64,000 bases of DNA from Acidimicrobiales bacterium (GTDB taxonomy: Bacteria; Actinomycetota; Acidimicrobiia; Acidimicrobiales; JAJPHD01): contig JAVKSL010000008.1 in the NCBI GenBank assembly GCA_039583695.1, positions 1,654 to 65,653 on the forward strand, in the 5' to 3' direction. Shown here piece by piece: positions 1-8,037 of the stretch (position 1 is its first letter; every line of letters starts with the position of its first letter). The position numbers and the translations under genes were made by a program. Below the pieces are notes generated by a model. That model did not search any database and was not told where the DNA came from. It worked only from the letters and a program-made list of their open reading frames with translations.

Positions 1-570
1 GATGGCCCCTGGCACGACGGCGTTCACGCGGACGCCTCTCGGGGAGAACTCTGCGGCCAGAGCGCGGGTAAGCGCATCCAGGCCGCCCTTGCTGGCGATG
101 TAGGTCGCGTAGCTCGGCAGCGGCAGCTCGGCCTGAATAGCGAGGATGTTGATGATGCATCCCTTCCCTCGCCGAACCATGGCGGGCAGCGTCTGCTGCG
201 CCAGATGCGCGGCGGCGGTGAGGTTCGTCGCCAACACCTCCTCCCACTCCTGCGACGACACGTCGAGGAAGCTATGGCGCTCCCCGTGGTTGGCGGCGTT
301 GTTCACCAACAGGACGATCTCTCCCAGCTCCTCCACGACGGCTGCCACCGCCTGTTCGCGCTCCTCGCTCCGGGCGAGGTTGGCGACGGCGGGATAGGCA
401 TCCCCGCCAGCTGATTCGATGTAGCGACACGTCCGACGAAGCGACGCTTCATCGCGGTCCACGGCTCCGATCGACATCCCGTTGTCCGCGAGGCGCAGCG
501 CGATTGCTCGACCGATGCCGTCAGCGGCACCGGTGACGAGAGCGACCCGGCGATCCGGTGATGAGCTCAT
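1..570 (-). CDS. short-chain dehydrogenase/reductase (SDR); the 3' end of the gene runs off the window
   Basis: My own minus-strand translation from the ATG at 568-570 reads MSSSPDRRVALVTGAADGIGRAIALRLADNG... It has the TGxxxGIG Rossmann motif, NNAA, and YIASK (YxxxK). It is absent from the ORF track because there is no stop codon inside the window. Confidence 0.85.
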   Translation of the reverse strand, partial: MSSSPDRRVALVTGAADGIGRAIALRLADNGMSIGAVDRDEASLRRTCRYIESAGGDAYPAVANLARSEEREQAVAAVVEELGEIVLLVNNAANHGERHSFLDVSSQEWEEVLATNLTAAAHLAQQTLPAMVRRGKGCIINILAIQAELPLPSYATYIASKGGLDALTRALAAEFSPRGVRVNAVVPGAI

Positions 571-581
571 GCGGTCAGCTC

Positions 582-1005
582 TTACAAAAAGGGACGGGCT
601 GGCGTCACTTCAGTGACATTCCACCAGCCCCGTGAACCGATCCCGACTGGTCGAGCCCAGCCGGCGACGGCTGCAACCGCCAAACGTATGCTCGGGCGCA
701 TGACGTTGGAGAAGATCAAAAAGGTGCTGCAATACGGGCGAAGCGGACGGTGCGCAGCGGTCCCGTTGCGAATCCCGGCCATCGCGTGCTCTCAGGCACC
801 GAAGTGCGTGAAGCGAGTCACGGCGCCCGACTCCGACGCGCGGTCGGACAAGCCGCTAAAGGTGGTCTCGGTCAGGTCGGCCGAGCCGCCGACCAGCCTG
901 GGGACACGCTCTGCCACCGCGCCGAACATTCGGCCCGACGCTTCGCGTGCCGACCACTGCCGGTTGTCCCGCGAGAACTCGACCACCCCTTTCCATATGG
1001 TCTGA
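582..1005 (-). pseudogene. transketolase relic (central Pyr-domain fragment, frameshifted and truncated at both ends)
   Basis: ORFs 792..986(-) and 582..782(-) lie in two frames. They read ...VPRLVGGSADLTETT...RFTHFGA, then (H)AMAGIRNGTAAH..LRPYCSTFLIFSNVMRPSIRLA. These are colinear with the TktA motifs GGSADL / HxGxREHxM / STFLxFSxYxRxxxRxAA. The N-terminal and C-terminal thirds are missing. Confidence 0.7.
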
Positions 1006-1150
1006 GGTCATATCTATGAAGAGGTTACACCTTGCATATGGCATCAGTCAAGGGGAGCGCGTTGGCGCGAGGACCCTCGAACGGGTCCCCGGGCACCTGC
1101 GACGGGTGCGCTTCAAGCGGATCCAGCGGCGCAGCGCCCCGCTTGGCCGC

Positions 1151-1243
1151 GGATCGGCCACCGTCAGCCCGGATCGGCCACCGTCAGCCCGGATCGGCCA
1201 CCGTCAGCCCGGATCGGCCACCGTCAGCCCGGATCGGCCACCG
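1151..1243. repeat. 20-bp tandem array, about 4.6 copies (GGATCGGCCACCGTCAGCCC)
   Basis: Four perfect contiguous units run from 1151 to 1230, followed by a 13-nt partial unit. The array overlaps the last codons and the stop of the Ldh_2 gene. Confidence 0.95.
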
Positions 1244-2270
1244 GCCATCCTTCGGGCAACGCCACGCCGAGCCGGCGGGCCTCGTCGGCGAGGCTGATGG
1301 CGGTCCGGGCAGCCAGGGCTAGCGGGGTTTCGTCGCGGGGGTCCTCGGCAGCCGCCCTACCCGAGCCCGGCAGCCGCCCCCCCGCCTGGGTGATCCGCTC
1401 GGCCAGCAGCGCGAGCCGTCGCTCCATGCCGCCGTCGATGTCGAGGAGGTGGGGATCCAGGCCAATCACGAGGTGCGCTATGCGCTGGGGGTTCCCGGCG
1501 CTCGCCGGGTCGAGCGGGTCGGCGATGTCGCCGGCCAGGCTGGGGCCGACCACCCCGCCGGTGAGGGCCTCGACGAGGAATGCAAGGGCATAGCCCTTGG
1601 CCCCCCCGAGGGGGGCCAGCATCCCGGCCAGCGCCTCTGTCGGGTCGGTTGTCGACATGCCGGCCCGGTCGAAGGCCCACCCGGCGGGCAGGGTCTCGGC
1701 TGTCGCCCGGTGCTGGGCGATCCTGCCCCGGGCGACAGCCGAGGTGGAGAGGTCGACGATGGCCGGATGGGGGGAGGTGGGGATGCCGGCGGCGATCGGG
1801 CTGGACGACAGGACCGGGCTGTGGCCACCCCACGGCGGCATGACCGCCGGGCCGTTGGAGACCACCAGGCCGACGAGGCCCCGACGGACGATGGGCAGGG
1901 TGTACAGCCCGAGGCAGCCGCAGTGGCCGGAGTTTCCCACCGACACCGCCGAGACGCCAGTGGCCTGGCAGCGGCGAGCAGCTTCCTCGGCGGCCTCCCA
2001 TGCCTGCCAGTGGCCCAGGCCGTTGCCGCCGTCGAACACCGCCACCGCTGGCGTCTCCGATACCAGGCGTAGCTGTGCCGCGGGATCGGTGCCGCCCAAC
2101 TCGAAGCGGTGCAGGTAATAGGGGAGTCGGAGCAGCCCGTGGGACGCGAGTCCCCACGCCTCGGCGGTGGCCAGCGCCCACGCCGTGCGCTGCGATGGCC
2201 CGCTGGGCATCCCGGCAGCCTCGAGGAGGTAGCGGCACAGCCGCCCTGCCGCGCCGACCGTCGTCGTCAC
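1224..2270 (-). CDS. Ldh_2-family (malate/L-lactate/sulfolactate dehydrogenase-like) oxidoreductase
   Basis: This is the 348-aa ORF in the track. It shows family-typical blocks ...GLASHGLLRLPYY..., NSGHCGCLG and GGAKGYALAFLVEAL. It has a GTG start, and a TGA lies two codons upstream in the same frame. Confidence 0.8.
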   Translation of the reverse strand: MTTTVGAAGRLCRYLLEAAGMPSGPSQRTAWALATAEAWGLASHGLLRLPYYLHRFELGGTDPAAQLRLVSETPAVAVFDGGNGLGHWQAWEAAEEAARRCQATGVSAVSVGNSGHCGCLGLYTLPIVRRGLVGLVVSNGPAVMPPWGGHSPVLSSSPIAAGIPTSPHPAIVDLSTSAVARGRIAQHRATAETLPAGWAFDRAGMSTTDPTEALAGMLAPLGGAKGYALAFLVEALTGGVVGPSLAGDIADPLDPASAGNPQRIAHLVIGLDPHLLDIDGGMERRLALLAERITQAGGRLPGSGRAAAEDPRDETPLALAARTAISLADEARRLGVALPEGWPVADPG

Positions 2271-2559
2271 GGGTCACCATGGGTGGGGAGGCCAAGCCGA
2301 CACCCAGTGGACCCGGTCCAGCGTGGCGACACGGTGGTACCTCCTTCAAGGTGAATGGTCTTGGCACGGGTCACGATACCGAGCGGGGCCGAGGGCGTCC
2401 AGCGGGTGACGGCTTGACGGTTTCAGGAGTCCCCGGCATCTTTGAGGCCATCGACGCGCACGACAAGCCGCGGCAACGACAGCGGTCCGGGCCCACCTCG
2501 ACGGTGCCCGTGGCGCCGCGTAGCCCAGAGTGCGTGCCGAGGCTCCACGTTCGACCCTC

Positions 2560-2588
2560 TTGACGAGACGTGAGGGCTCATCTATCCT
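2560..2588 (+). promoter_or_regulatory. putative sigma-70-type promoter (TTGACG-17 nt-TATCCT) upstream of the sugar-acid operon
   Basis: The hexamers at 2560-2565 and 2583-2588 were read directly. There is no transcript evidence. Confidence 0.2.
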
Positions 2589-2727
2589 GGTTGGCAAGAG
2601 GTCATACCTATTGAACCGTGGACCGGATCTGGGATGTGCAGCGGAGGGCTGGCCCGTCGTCCGGCCGGCCCCGCTAGTCGTCGGCGAGGTCGGTTGCTGC
2701 CGGTGGAGCCTGCGTCCGGTCCGTCCG

Positions 2728-2746
2728 GAGGAGCGTGGCCGATGAC
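2728..2746 (+). repeat. 19-bp direct repeat, copy 1 (GAGGAGCGTGGCCGATGAC)
   Basis: It is identical to 3259-3277. The two copies flank the IS110 relic. The repeat contains a GAGGAG Shine-Dalgarno sequence plus an ATG. Confidence 0.9.
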
Positions 2747-3258
2747 ACCCCCTGTGTCAACCCCTAATCAAGAAATATTGGATTTGGTTGCTCCTCGTTG
2801 TGTTGGTTCAGTGGGTGGCGAGCTCGTCGTGGGTGACAGGCTCGTATCAGCTGGGGCAGCCTCTGGCCCGGGCGCGCCGGTAGATGTCGGCGGCCTAGGG
2901 GCTTTGATGGCGGGAGTTGTCGGTGAAGGTGCACATGGCTGCCCGGAAGCGCTTGTTGCACGCCCAGCGGAAGTGGACCGCTTCGTACCTGCCAGAGCGC
3001 TTGGTCACCGGGGTCTGCCCAGCGAGGGCGGCGACAGCTTCGGGGGTGTCGTAGGCTTGGCGGCAGTCGCCCCGGCAGGCGAGCATCTGGGCTGCGTTGA
3101 TGCGACCCGACCGTGGCAGGGAGGTGAAGATCTCGCCGTCCGGGTGCTCACCGAGGTGGGCGGCCCTCGAAGGGCGACCGACCCTGGCCGTCACCCCACC
3201 CTCACCGAGACCGAAGAACATTCGCAGAACTCACAACAGAGATGGTGGGCCAGTGACC
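2747..3258 (-). mobile_element. IS110-family transposase relic (C-terminal half only, with an internal stop and a frameshift)
   Basis: ORF 2895..3221(-) reads ...HPDGEIFTSLPRSGRINAAQMLA..GD...PEAVAALAGQTPVTKRSGRYEAVHFRWACNKRFRAAM...SP. A TAG then sits where W is expected, followed by AADIYRRARARG. A frame change follows into ...LIRACHP...(ORF 2764..2961). This matches the IS110 C-terminal domain pattern. The N-terminal DEDD domain is absent. Confidence 0.7.
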
Positions 3259-3277
3259 GAGGAGCGTGGCCGATGAC
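3259..3277 (+). repeat. 19-bp direct repeat, copy 2 (carries the real SD and ATG of the UxaA small-subunit gene)
   Basis: It is identical to 2728-2746. Confidence 0.9.
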
Positions 3278-3596
3278 GCCAGAGCGATCAAAGCCGGCGG
3301 GGGCCGGTGCTATCGACTTTCTGGCCCACAAGGGCGGGGATCACGTTGCCGTGGCCGTGCGCGACGTCCAGCCGGGCCCGGCCCTGGTGGCGTGGCTCGA
3401 TTCGCCCGAGCGCTGCGAGATCCAGGTTAACGACCAGATTCGCTTCGGTCACAAAGTTGCGCTGGCTGGCCTGGCCGAGGGGGACCCGGTGATCGAGTAC
3501 GGGGTGGCGGTGGCTGTCACCACCGGCCCGGTGGCGAGCGGTGACCTCGTCCACATCCACAACGTCAGGAGCGCAAGATGGCGCCACGACAGCTGA
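3273..3596 (+). CDS. UxaA-family dehydratase, N-terminal SAF-domain subunit
   Basis: The last 108 aa of ORF 2634..3596 read MTPERSKP...DHVAVAVRDVQPG...IRFGHKVALAGLAEGDPVIEYGVAV...GDLVHIHNV, which is SAF/altronate-dehydratase small-subunit-like. A GAGGAG SD lies 8 nt upstream of the ATG at 3273. Confidence 0.8.
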   Translation: MTPERSKPAGAGAIDFLAHKGGDHVAVAVRDVQPGPALVAWLDSPERCEIQVNDQIRFGHKVALAGLAEGDPVIEYGVAVAVTTGPVASGDLVHIHNVRSARWRHDS

Positions 3597-4735
3597 GCGG
3601 GTACCGGCGGGCCGACGGTCGTGTCGGGGTCCGCAACCACGTGGTGGCCCTGCCGGTTGACGACCTGTCGAACGCGGCCGTGGGGGGTATCGCCTCCCTG
3701 GTGCCCGGGGTGATCGCACTGCCTCACGCCTACGGTCGGCTGCAGTTCGGCGAGGACTTGGACCTGACCTTCCGCACGTTGATCGGCACCGGCGCCAATC
3801 CGAACGTGGCAGCGGCGGTGGTGGTGGGGATCGAGCCAAATTGGACGCAGCGGGTGGTTGATGGCATCGCCGCCACCGGCAAGCCCGTGGTCGGCCTGGC
3901 CATCGAGCGCCACGGCGACTTCGCCACCATCGCCGAAGGCGCCCGGCACGCGGCACGCTTCATGCAGGACGCATCTGAGCTTTCCCGGGGACCGGTCGAT
4001 CGCGCCGAGATCATGCTGTCAATCAAGTGCGGCGAGTCGGACACCACCAGCGGCCTGGGAGCCAACCCGACCGTCTCGCAGGTGGTGGACCGCCACGTGG
4101 CAGCTGGCGGCACGGTGCTGTTCGGGGAGACCACCGAGCTGACCGGCGGTGAGCACCTGATCGCCGCGCGCTGCATCGATGATGAGGTCCGCAAACGCTT
4201 CCAGGGGTTCTTCGACGGCTACCTCGAGATGCTCGAGGCCTCGGGATCCGACCTGCTCGGATCCCAGCCGACCCAGGGCAACATCGCCGGCGGGCTGTCG
4301 ACCATAGAGGAGAAGGCCCTCGGCAACATATCCAAGACCGGAACGGTGGCTGTCGTGGATGTCCTAGGCCCGGCGGTGGCGCCGAGTCGGCCGGGTCTCA
4401 ACTTCATGGACTCCTCCTCGGCGGCCGCCGAGCTCATCACCCTGGTCGCCGCGGCCGGTGCCGTGGTGCACCTCTTCCCCACCGGGCAGGGCAACATTGT
4501 CGGCCACCCCATCGTGCCGGTGATCAAGCTGACGGCCAACCCCCTTACGGCATCGACCATGGCCGAGCACGTCGACCTGGATGTATCGGGGCTGCTCCAG
4601 CTTGAGTACTCCCTGGGCGAGGCAGGCGAGCGCTTGATGGAGGTCCTCGATCGCACGATCTGCGGTCGGCTCACCGCGGCGGAGGCCATCGGGCACGCCG
4701 AGTTCGTCATCACCAAGCTCTACCGCAGCGCCTGA
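3578..4735 (+). CDS. UxaA-family (altronate/galactarate-type) dehydratase, large C-terminal subunit
   Basis: This 385-aa ORF begins MAPRQLSGYRRADGRVGVRNHVVALP... and continues ...IKCGESDTTSG... Its first 19 nt overlap the end of the SAF subunit gene. Confidence 0.85.
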   Translation: MAPRQLSGYRRADGRVGVRNHVVALPVDDLSNAAVGGIASLVPGVIALPHAYGRLQFGEDLDLTFRTLIGTGANPNVAAAVVVGIEPNWTQRVVDGIAATGKPVVGLAIERHGDFATIAEGARHAARFMQDASELSRGPVDRAEIMLSIKCGESDTTSGLGANPTVSQVVDRHVAAGGTVLFGETTELTGGEHLIAARCIDDEVRKRFQGFFDGYLEMLEASGSDLLGSQPTQGNIAGGLSTIEEKALGNISKTGTVAVVDVLGPAVAPSRPGLNFMDSSSAAAELITLVAAAGAVVHLFPTGQGNIVGHPIVPVIKLTANPLTASTMAEHVDLDVSGLLQLEYSLGEAGERLMEVLDRTICGRLTAAEAIGHAEFVITKLYRSA

Positions 4736-4737
4736 GG

Positions 4738-6219
4738 GTGGCCGTGGTGACCGGCGACGAGCCTGCCCAGAGCACGGTGGTGCTTCCTGACGGGCCGCTT
4801 CCCTGCCTGATCGGCGGGCGGTGGGTGGCACCGGAGGGGGGCCGGCGCCTGCGGGTTGACAACCCTGCCACCGGGGCGCAGATCGCCGAGCTTGCCTATG
4901 GCGGGACGGCCGACGCCATCGCCGCGGCCGATGCCGCGGCCGATGCCTTGGCTGCGTGGTCAGCACGCCCGGCCCGCCAGCGCGCCGAGCTGTTGCGTCG
5001 CGTGGCCGACATCCTCGACCAGCGGCGGGGCAGCATCGCCCGGCTGCTGGCGGCTGACGCCGGCAAGCGCCTCGTCGAGGCCGAGGCCGAGGTGCAGCTG
5101 TCCGCCGAGTTCTTTCGCTGGTTCGCCGACGCTGTGCGCCAACCCGCCGGGGAGATCATGCGTTCCGAGCACACCGGCCGGCACCAGCTCACCTTCACCA
5201 CCGCGGCCGGCGTGGCGGCATGCCTCACGCCGTGGAACTTCCCCATCTCCATCCCTGCACGCAAGATCGCTCCGGCGTTGGCAGCGGGCTGCACCGTGGT
5301 GGCCCGGGCGTCCGAGCGCGCCCCGCTGGCAGCGGTGGAGCTGGTTCGCGCCATCGTCGACGCCGGGGTGCCTGACGGGGTTGTCAACCTGGTGCACGGA
5401 CCTGCCGCTGCCCAGAGCGAGGCCCTGCTGGCACATCGGGCGGTGCGGGTGGTCAGCTTCACCGGCTCGACCGGAGTCGGCAAGCAGATAATGCGCATGG
5501 CGGCACACCGGGTGGTGCGCCCGGTGCTCGAGCTCGGGGGCAACGCCGCCTTCGTTGTCTTCGCCGACGCCGGCCTCGACGCCGCGGTGGCTGGGCTGAT
5601 GATCGCCAAGTTCCGTAACAACGGCCAGTCCTGCATCGCGGCGAACCGGGTGCTGGTGCAGCGGACGGTGCTCGACGGATTTGTCGAGCGGTTGCGGGTC
5701 GCGGTCGAGGCCATGGTTGTGGGCGATCCGCTCGGCTCCTCGGCGGTCGACCTCGGTCCGCTCATCTCTGCCGAGCGCGTCGCTCAGGTGGCGGCCCTGG
5801 TCGGCGAGGCCTGCGCCGGTGGCGGCCGGATGCTGACTTCAGACGCCGAGCTTCCGGCGGCCGGGCATTGGCACCGGCCGTGCTTCGTGGTGGAACCACC
5901 GCTCACATCGGGCCTGGCTACCACCGAGGTGTTCGGTCCGGCCGCCGGCGTCTTTGCCTTCGACGAGGAGGACGAGGCGCTGCGCCGGGCCAACGACACC
6001 GAGATGGGCCTGGCCGCCTATGTGTACACCAGCGACGTCGGGCGGGCTTGGCGCATGGTCGAGGGCCTGGAGGCCGGCATCGTCGCCTGCAACGATCCCC
6101 TTCCCACAGCGGCCCTCGCCACGCTCGGCGGCATGAAGCAGAGCGGTATCGGCCGTGAGGGCGGCCGGCTCGGCCTCGAGGAGTTCGAGGAGTGGCACTA
6201 CGTGTCGTTCGGCCCATGA
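4738..6219 (+). CDS. NAD(P)+ aldehyde dehydrogenase (succinate- or 2-oxoglutarate-semialdehyde dehydrogenase-like)
   Basis: The 493-aa ORF carries ALDH motifs: TPWNFP, FTGSTGVG, LELGGNA and NNGQSCIAANR. Confidence 0.85.
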   Translation: MAVVTGDEPAQSTVVLPDGPLPCLIGGRWVAPEGGRRLRVDNPATGAQIAELAYGGTADAIAAADAAADALAAWSARPARQRAELLRRVADILDQRRGSIARLLAADAGKRLVEAEAEVQLSAEFFRWFADAVRQPAGEIMRSEHTGRHQLTFTTAAGVAACLTPWNFPISIPARKIAPALAAGCTVVARASERAPLAAVELVRAIVDAGVPDGVVNLVHGPAAAQSEALLAHRAVRVVSFTGSTGVGKQIMRMAAHRVVRPVLELGGNAAFVVFADAGLDAAVAGLMIAKFRNNGQSCIAANRVLVQRTVLDGFVERLRVAVEAMVVGDPLGSSAVDLGPLISAERVAQVAALVGEACAGGGRMLTSDAELPAAGHWHRPCFVVEPPLTSGLATTEVFGPAAGVFAFDEEDEALRRANDTEMGLAAYVYTSDVGRAWRMVEGLEAGIVACNDPLPTAALATLGGMKQSGIGREGGRLGLEEFEEWHYVSFGP

Positions 6220-6238
6220 GTGGCCCATGAGTGGCCCA
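6211..6238. repeat. 11-bp tandem duplication (GGCCCATGAGT, two copies plus a partial) at the ALDH / dehydratase junction
   Basis: Read directly: ggcccatgagt ggcccatgagt ggccca. It contains the ALDH stop codon and two ATGA motifs. Confidence 0.9.
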
Positions 6239-7957
6239 GTTGTCCTGAGGAGCCAGTCCTGGTTCGGGCAGGCTGGCAGGGCCGGCTTCGTGCACCGCTC
6301 GCACTCCAAGTCCCAGGGCCTGCCCGACGACGTGTTCGACGGCCGGCCGGTGATCGGCATCGCCAACGCCTGGTCGGAGCTGGCTCCGTGCAACGTGCAC
6401 CTGCGCCAAGTGGCCGATGCGGTCAAGCGTGGGGTGTGGGAGCGCGGGGGCCTCCCCCTCGAGTTCCCCACCATGTCCCTGGGCGAGACGCTGGTACGCC
6501 CCACGGCCATGTTGTACCGAAACCTGATGGCCATGGAGGTTGAGGAGGCGATCCGCTCCAACCCACTCGACGCAGTGGTGCTGCTGGCGGGGTGCGACAA
6601 GACCACGCCGGCTCAGGTGATGGGGGCGGTCAGCGCAGATCTGCCCACCATCGTGGTCACCGGAGGCCCGATGCTGAGCGGCCGCTACCGGGGTCGGGCA
6701 GTGGGATCGGGCACCGACGTATGGCGGATGTCCGAGGAGGCCCGCGCCGGGGAGATCACCGAGGTGGACCTACGCGCAGCGGAGGCCTGCGTGTCGCGCA
6801 GCAATGGTCATTGCACCACCATGGGAACCGCCTCCACCATGGCCTGTGTGACCGAGGCGCTGGGCTTGGCCCTGCCGGGCTCGGCCACGGTTGCTGCTGT
6901 CGACGCGCAGCGCTACAAGATCGCCCAGCTGGCCGGGCGGCGCATCGTCGACATGGTCCTCGAGAACCTGCGCCCGTCGGCCATCTTGAGCCGGCCCGCG
7001 TTCGAGAATGCGGTTCGGGTGAACGCGGCGGTGGGGGGGTCGACCAACGCCATCATCCACCTGCTGGCCATCGCGGGGAGGGCCGAGGTGGCGCTGTGCC
7101 TCGAGGACTTCGATACCCTCGGGGCTAACGTGCCGGTGCTGGTCGACATCAAGCCGCACGGCCGCTTCCTGATGGACGAGCTCGACGCAGCCGGCGGCGT
7201 GCCCGCGGTCATGCACGAGCTGGGTGACCTAATCCACCTCGACCCGATCACCGTGACAGGCCGGACGGTGGGGGAGAACGTGGCAGGCGCTGTGTGCTGG
7301 GACCGCCAGGTGATCCGCACCCGGGCTGAGCCGCTCATGGCCCCAGGGAGTCACGCAGCGGTGCTGCACGGCAATCTCTGCCCCGACGGGGCCGTGGTGA
7401 AGCTGTCGGCCGCGTCCCCGTCGCTGCTGGTGCACAGGGGAGCTGCCCTTGTGTTCGACTCCTACGAGCACTACGTGACATCCGCCGAGGAGGAGATGCC
7501 TGAGGTCGACGCCGGCAGCGTCCTGATCCTGCGCAACGCCGGGCCAAAGGGTTACCCGGGCATGCCCGAGGTCGCCAATCTGGCGTTGCCACGGCAGCTG
7601 CTGCGCCAGGGGGTGCGCGACATGGTGCGGATCTCCGACGCCCGCATGAGCGGCACCGCATTCGGCACCGTGGTGCTCCACGTGGCGCCCGAAGCGGCCG
7701 CCGGAGGGCCCCTGGCCCTGGTGCGCACCGGCGACATGATCTCGCTCGACGCCCATCGCCGCAGCCTGGACATGGAGGTTGACGATGCAGAGCTCGAACG
7801 CCGGCGTGGCCGGCTGGCGCCACCGCCTGATCCGCCCGGCGTCGCGACGGGCTACGTCGAGCTGTACCGGCGCCATGTGATGCAGGCGGACCGGGGTGCC
7901 GACTTCGACTTCTTGGTGGGCCGCCGCGGCAGTCCCGTGCCGCGGGAGTCGTGCTGA
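6227..7957 (+). CDS. IlvD/Edd-family dehydratase (sugar-acid, e.g. arabinonate/xylonate-type)
   Basis: I trimmed ORF 6155..7957 to the ATG at 6227 (MSGPVVLRSQSWFG...). It has IlvD/Edd blocks GIANAWSELAPCNVHL, LLAGCDKTTP and NGHCTTMGTASTM. Confidence 0.85.
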   Translation: MSGPVVLRSQSWFGQAGRAGFVHRSHSKSQGLPDDVFDGRPVIGIANAWSELAPCNVHLRQVADAVKRGVWERGGLPLEFPTMSLGETLVRPTAMLYRNLMAMEVEEAIRSNPLDAVVLLAGCDKTTPAQVMGAVSADLPTIVVTGGPMLSGRYRGRAVGSGTDVWRMSEEARAGEITEVDLRAAEACVSRSNGHCTTMGTASTMACVTEALGLALPGSATVAAVDAQRYKIAQLAGRRIVDMVLENLRPSAILSRPAFENAVRVNAAVGGSTNAIIHLLAIAGRAEVALCLEDFDTLGANVPVLVDIKPHGRFLMDELDAAGGVPAVMHELGDLIHLDPITVTGRTVGENVAGAVCWDRQVIRTRAEPLMAPGSHAAVLHGNLCPDGAVVKLSAASPSLLVHRGAALVFDSYEHYVTSAEEEMPEVDAGSVLILRNAGPKGYPGMPEVANLALPRQLLRQGVRDMVRISDARMSGTAFGTVVLHVAPEAAAGGPLALVRTGDMISLDAHRRSLDMEVDDAELERRRGRLAPPPDPPGVATGYVELYRRHVMQADRGADFDFLVGRRGSPVPRESC

Positions 7958-8037
7958 TCGGCTCAGGCAAGGCCGCCGTTCCGGAGATCCTGCTTGGGTG
8001 AGCCCGCGAGCGAGGTTCGATGAGCGAGAATCCTTAG

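Noticed and set aside
2634-3596. 320-aa ORF in the track, which might be taken as one long gene
   Set aside because: Only the last 108 aa resemble a UxaA SAF subunit. The upstream 177 codons are the antisense strand of the IS110 relic and are low-complexity Gly/Ala/Val. I therefore annotated 3273..3596, but noted the in-frame upstream ATG as a finding.
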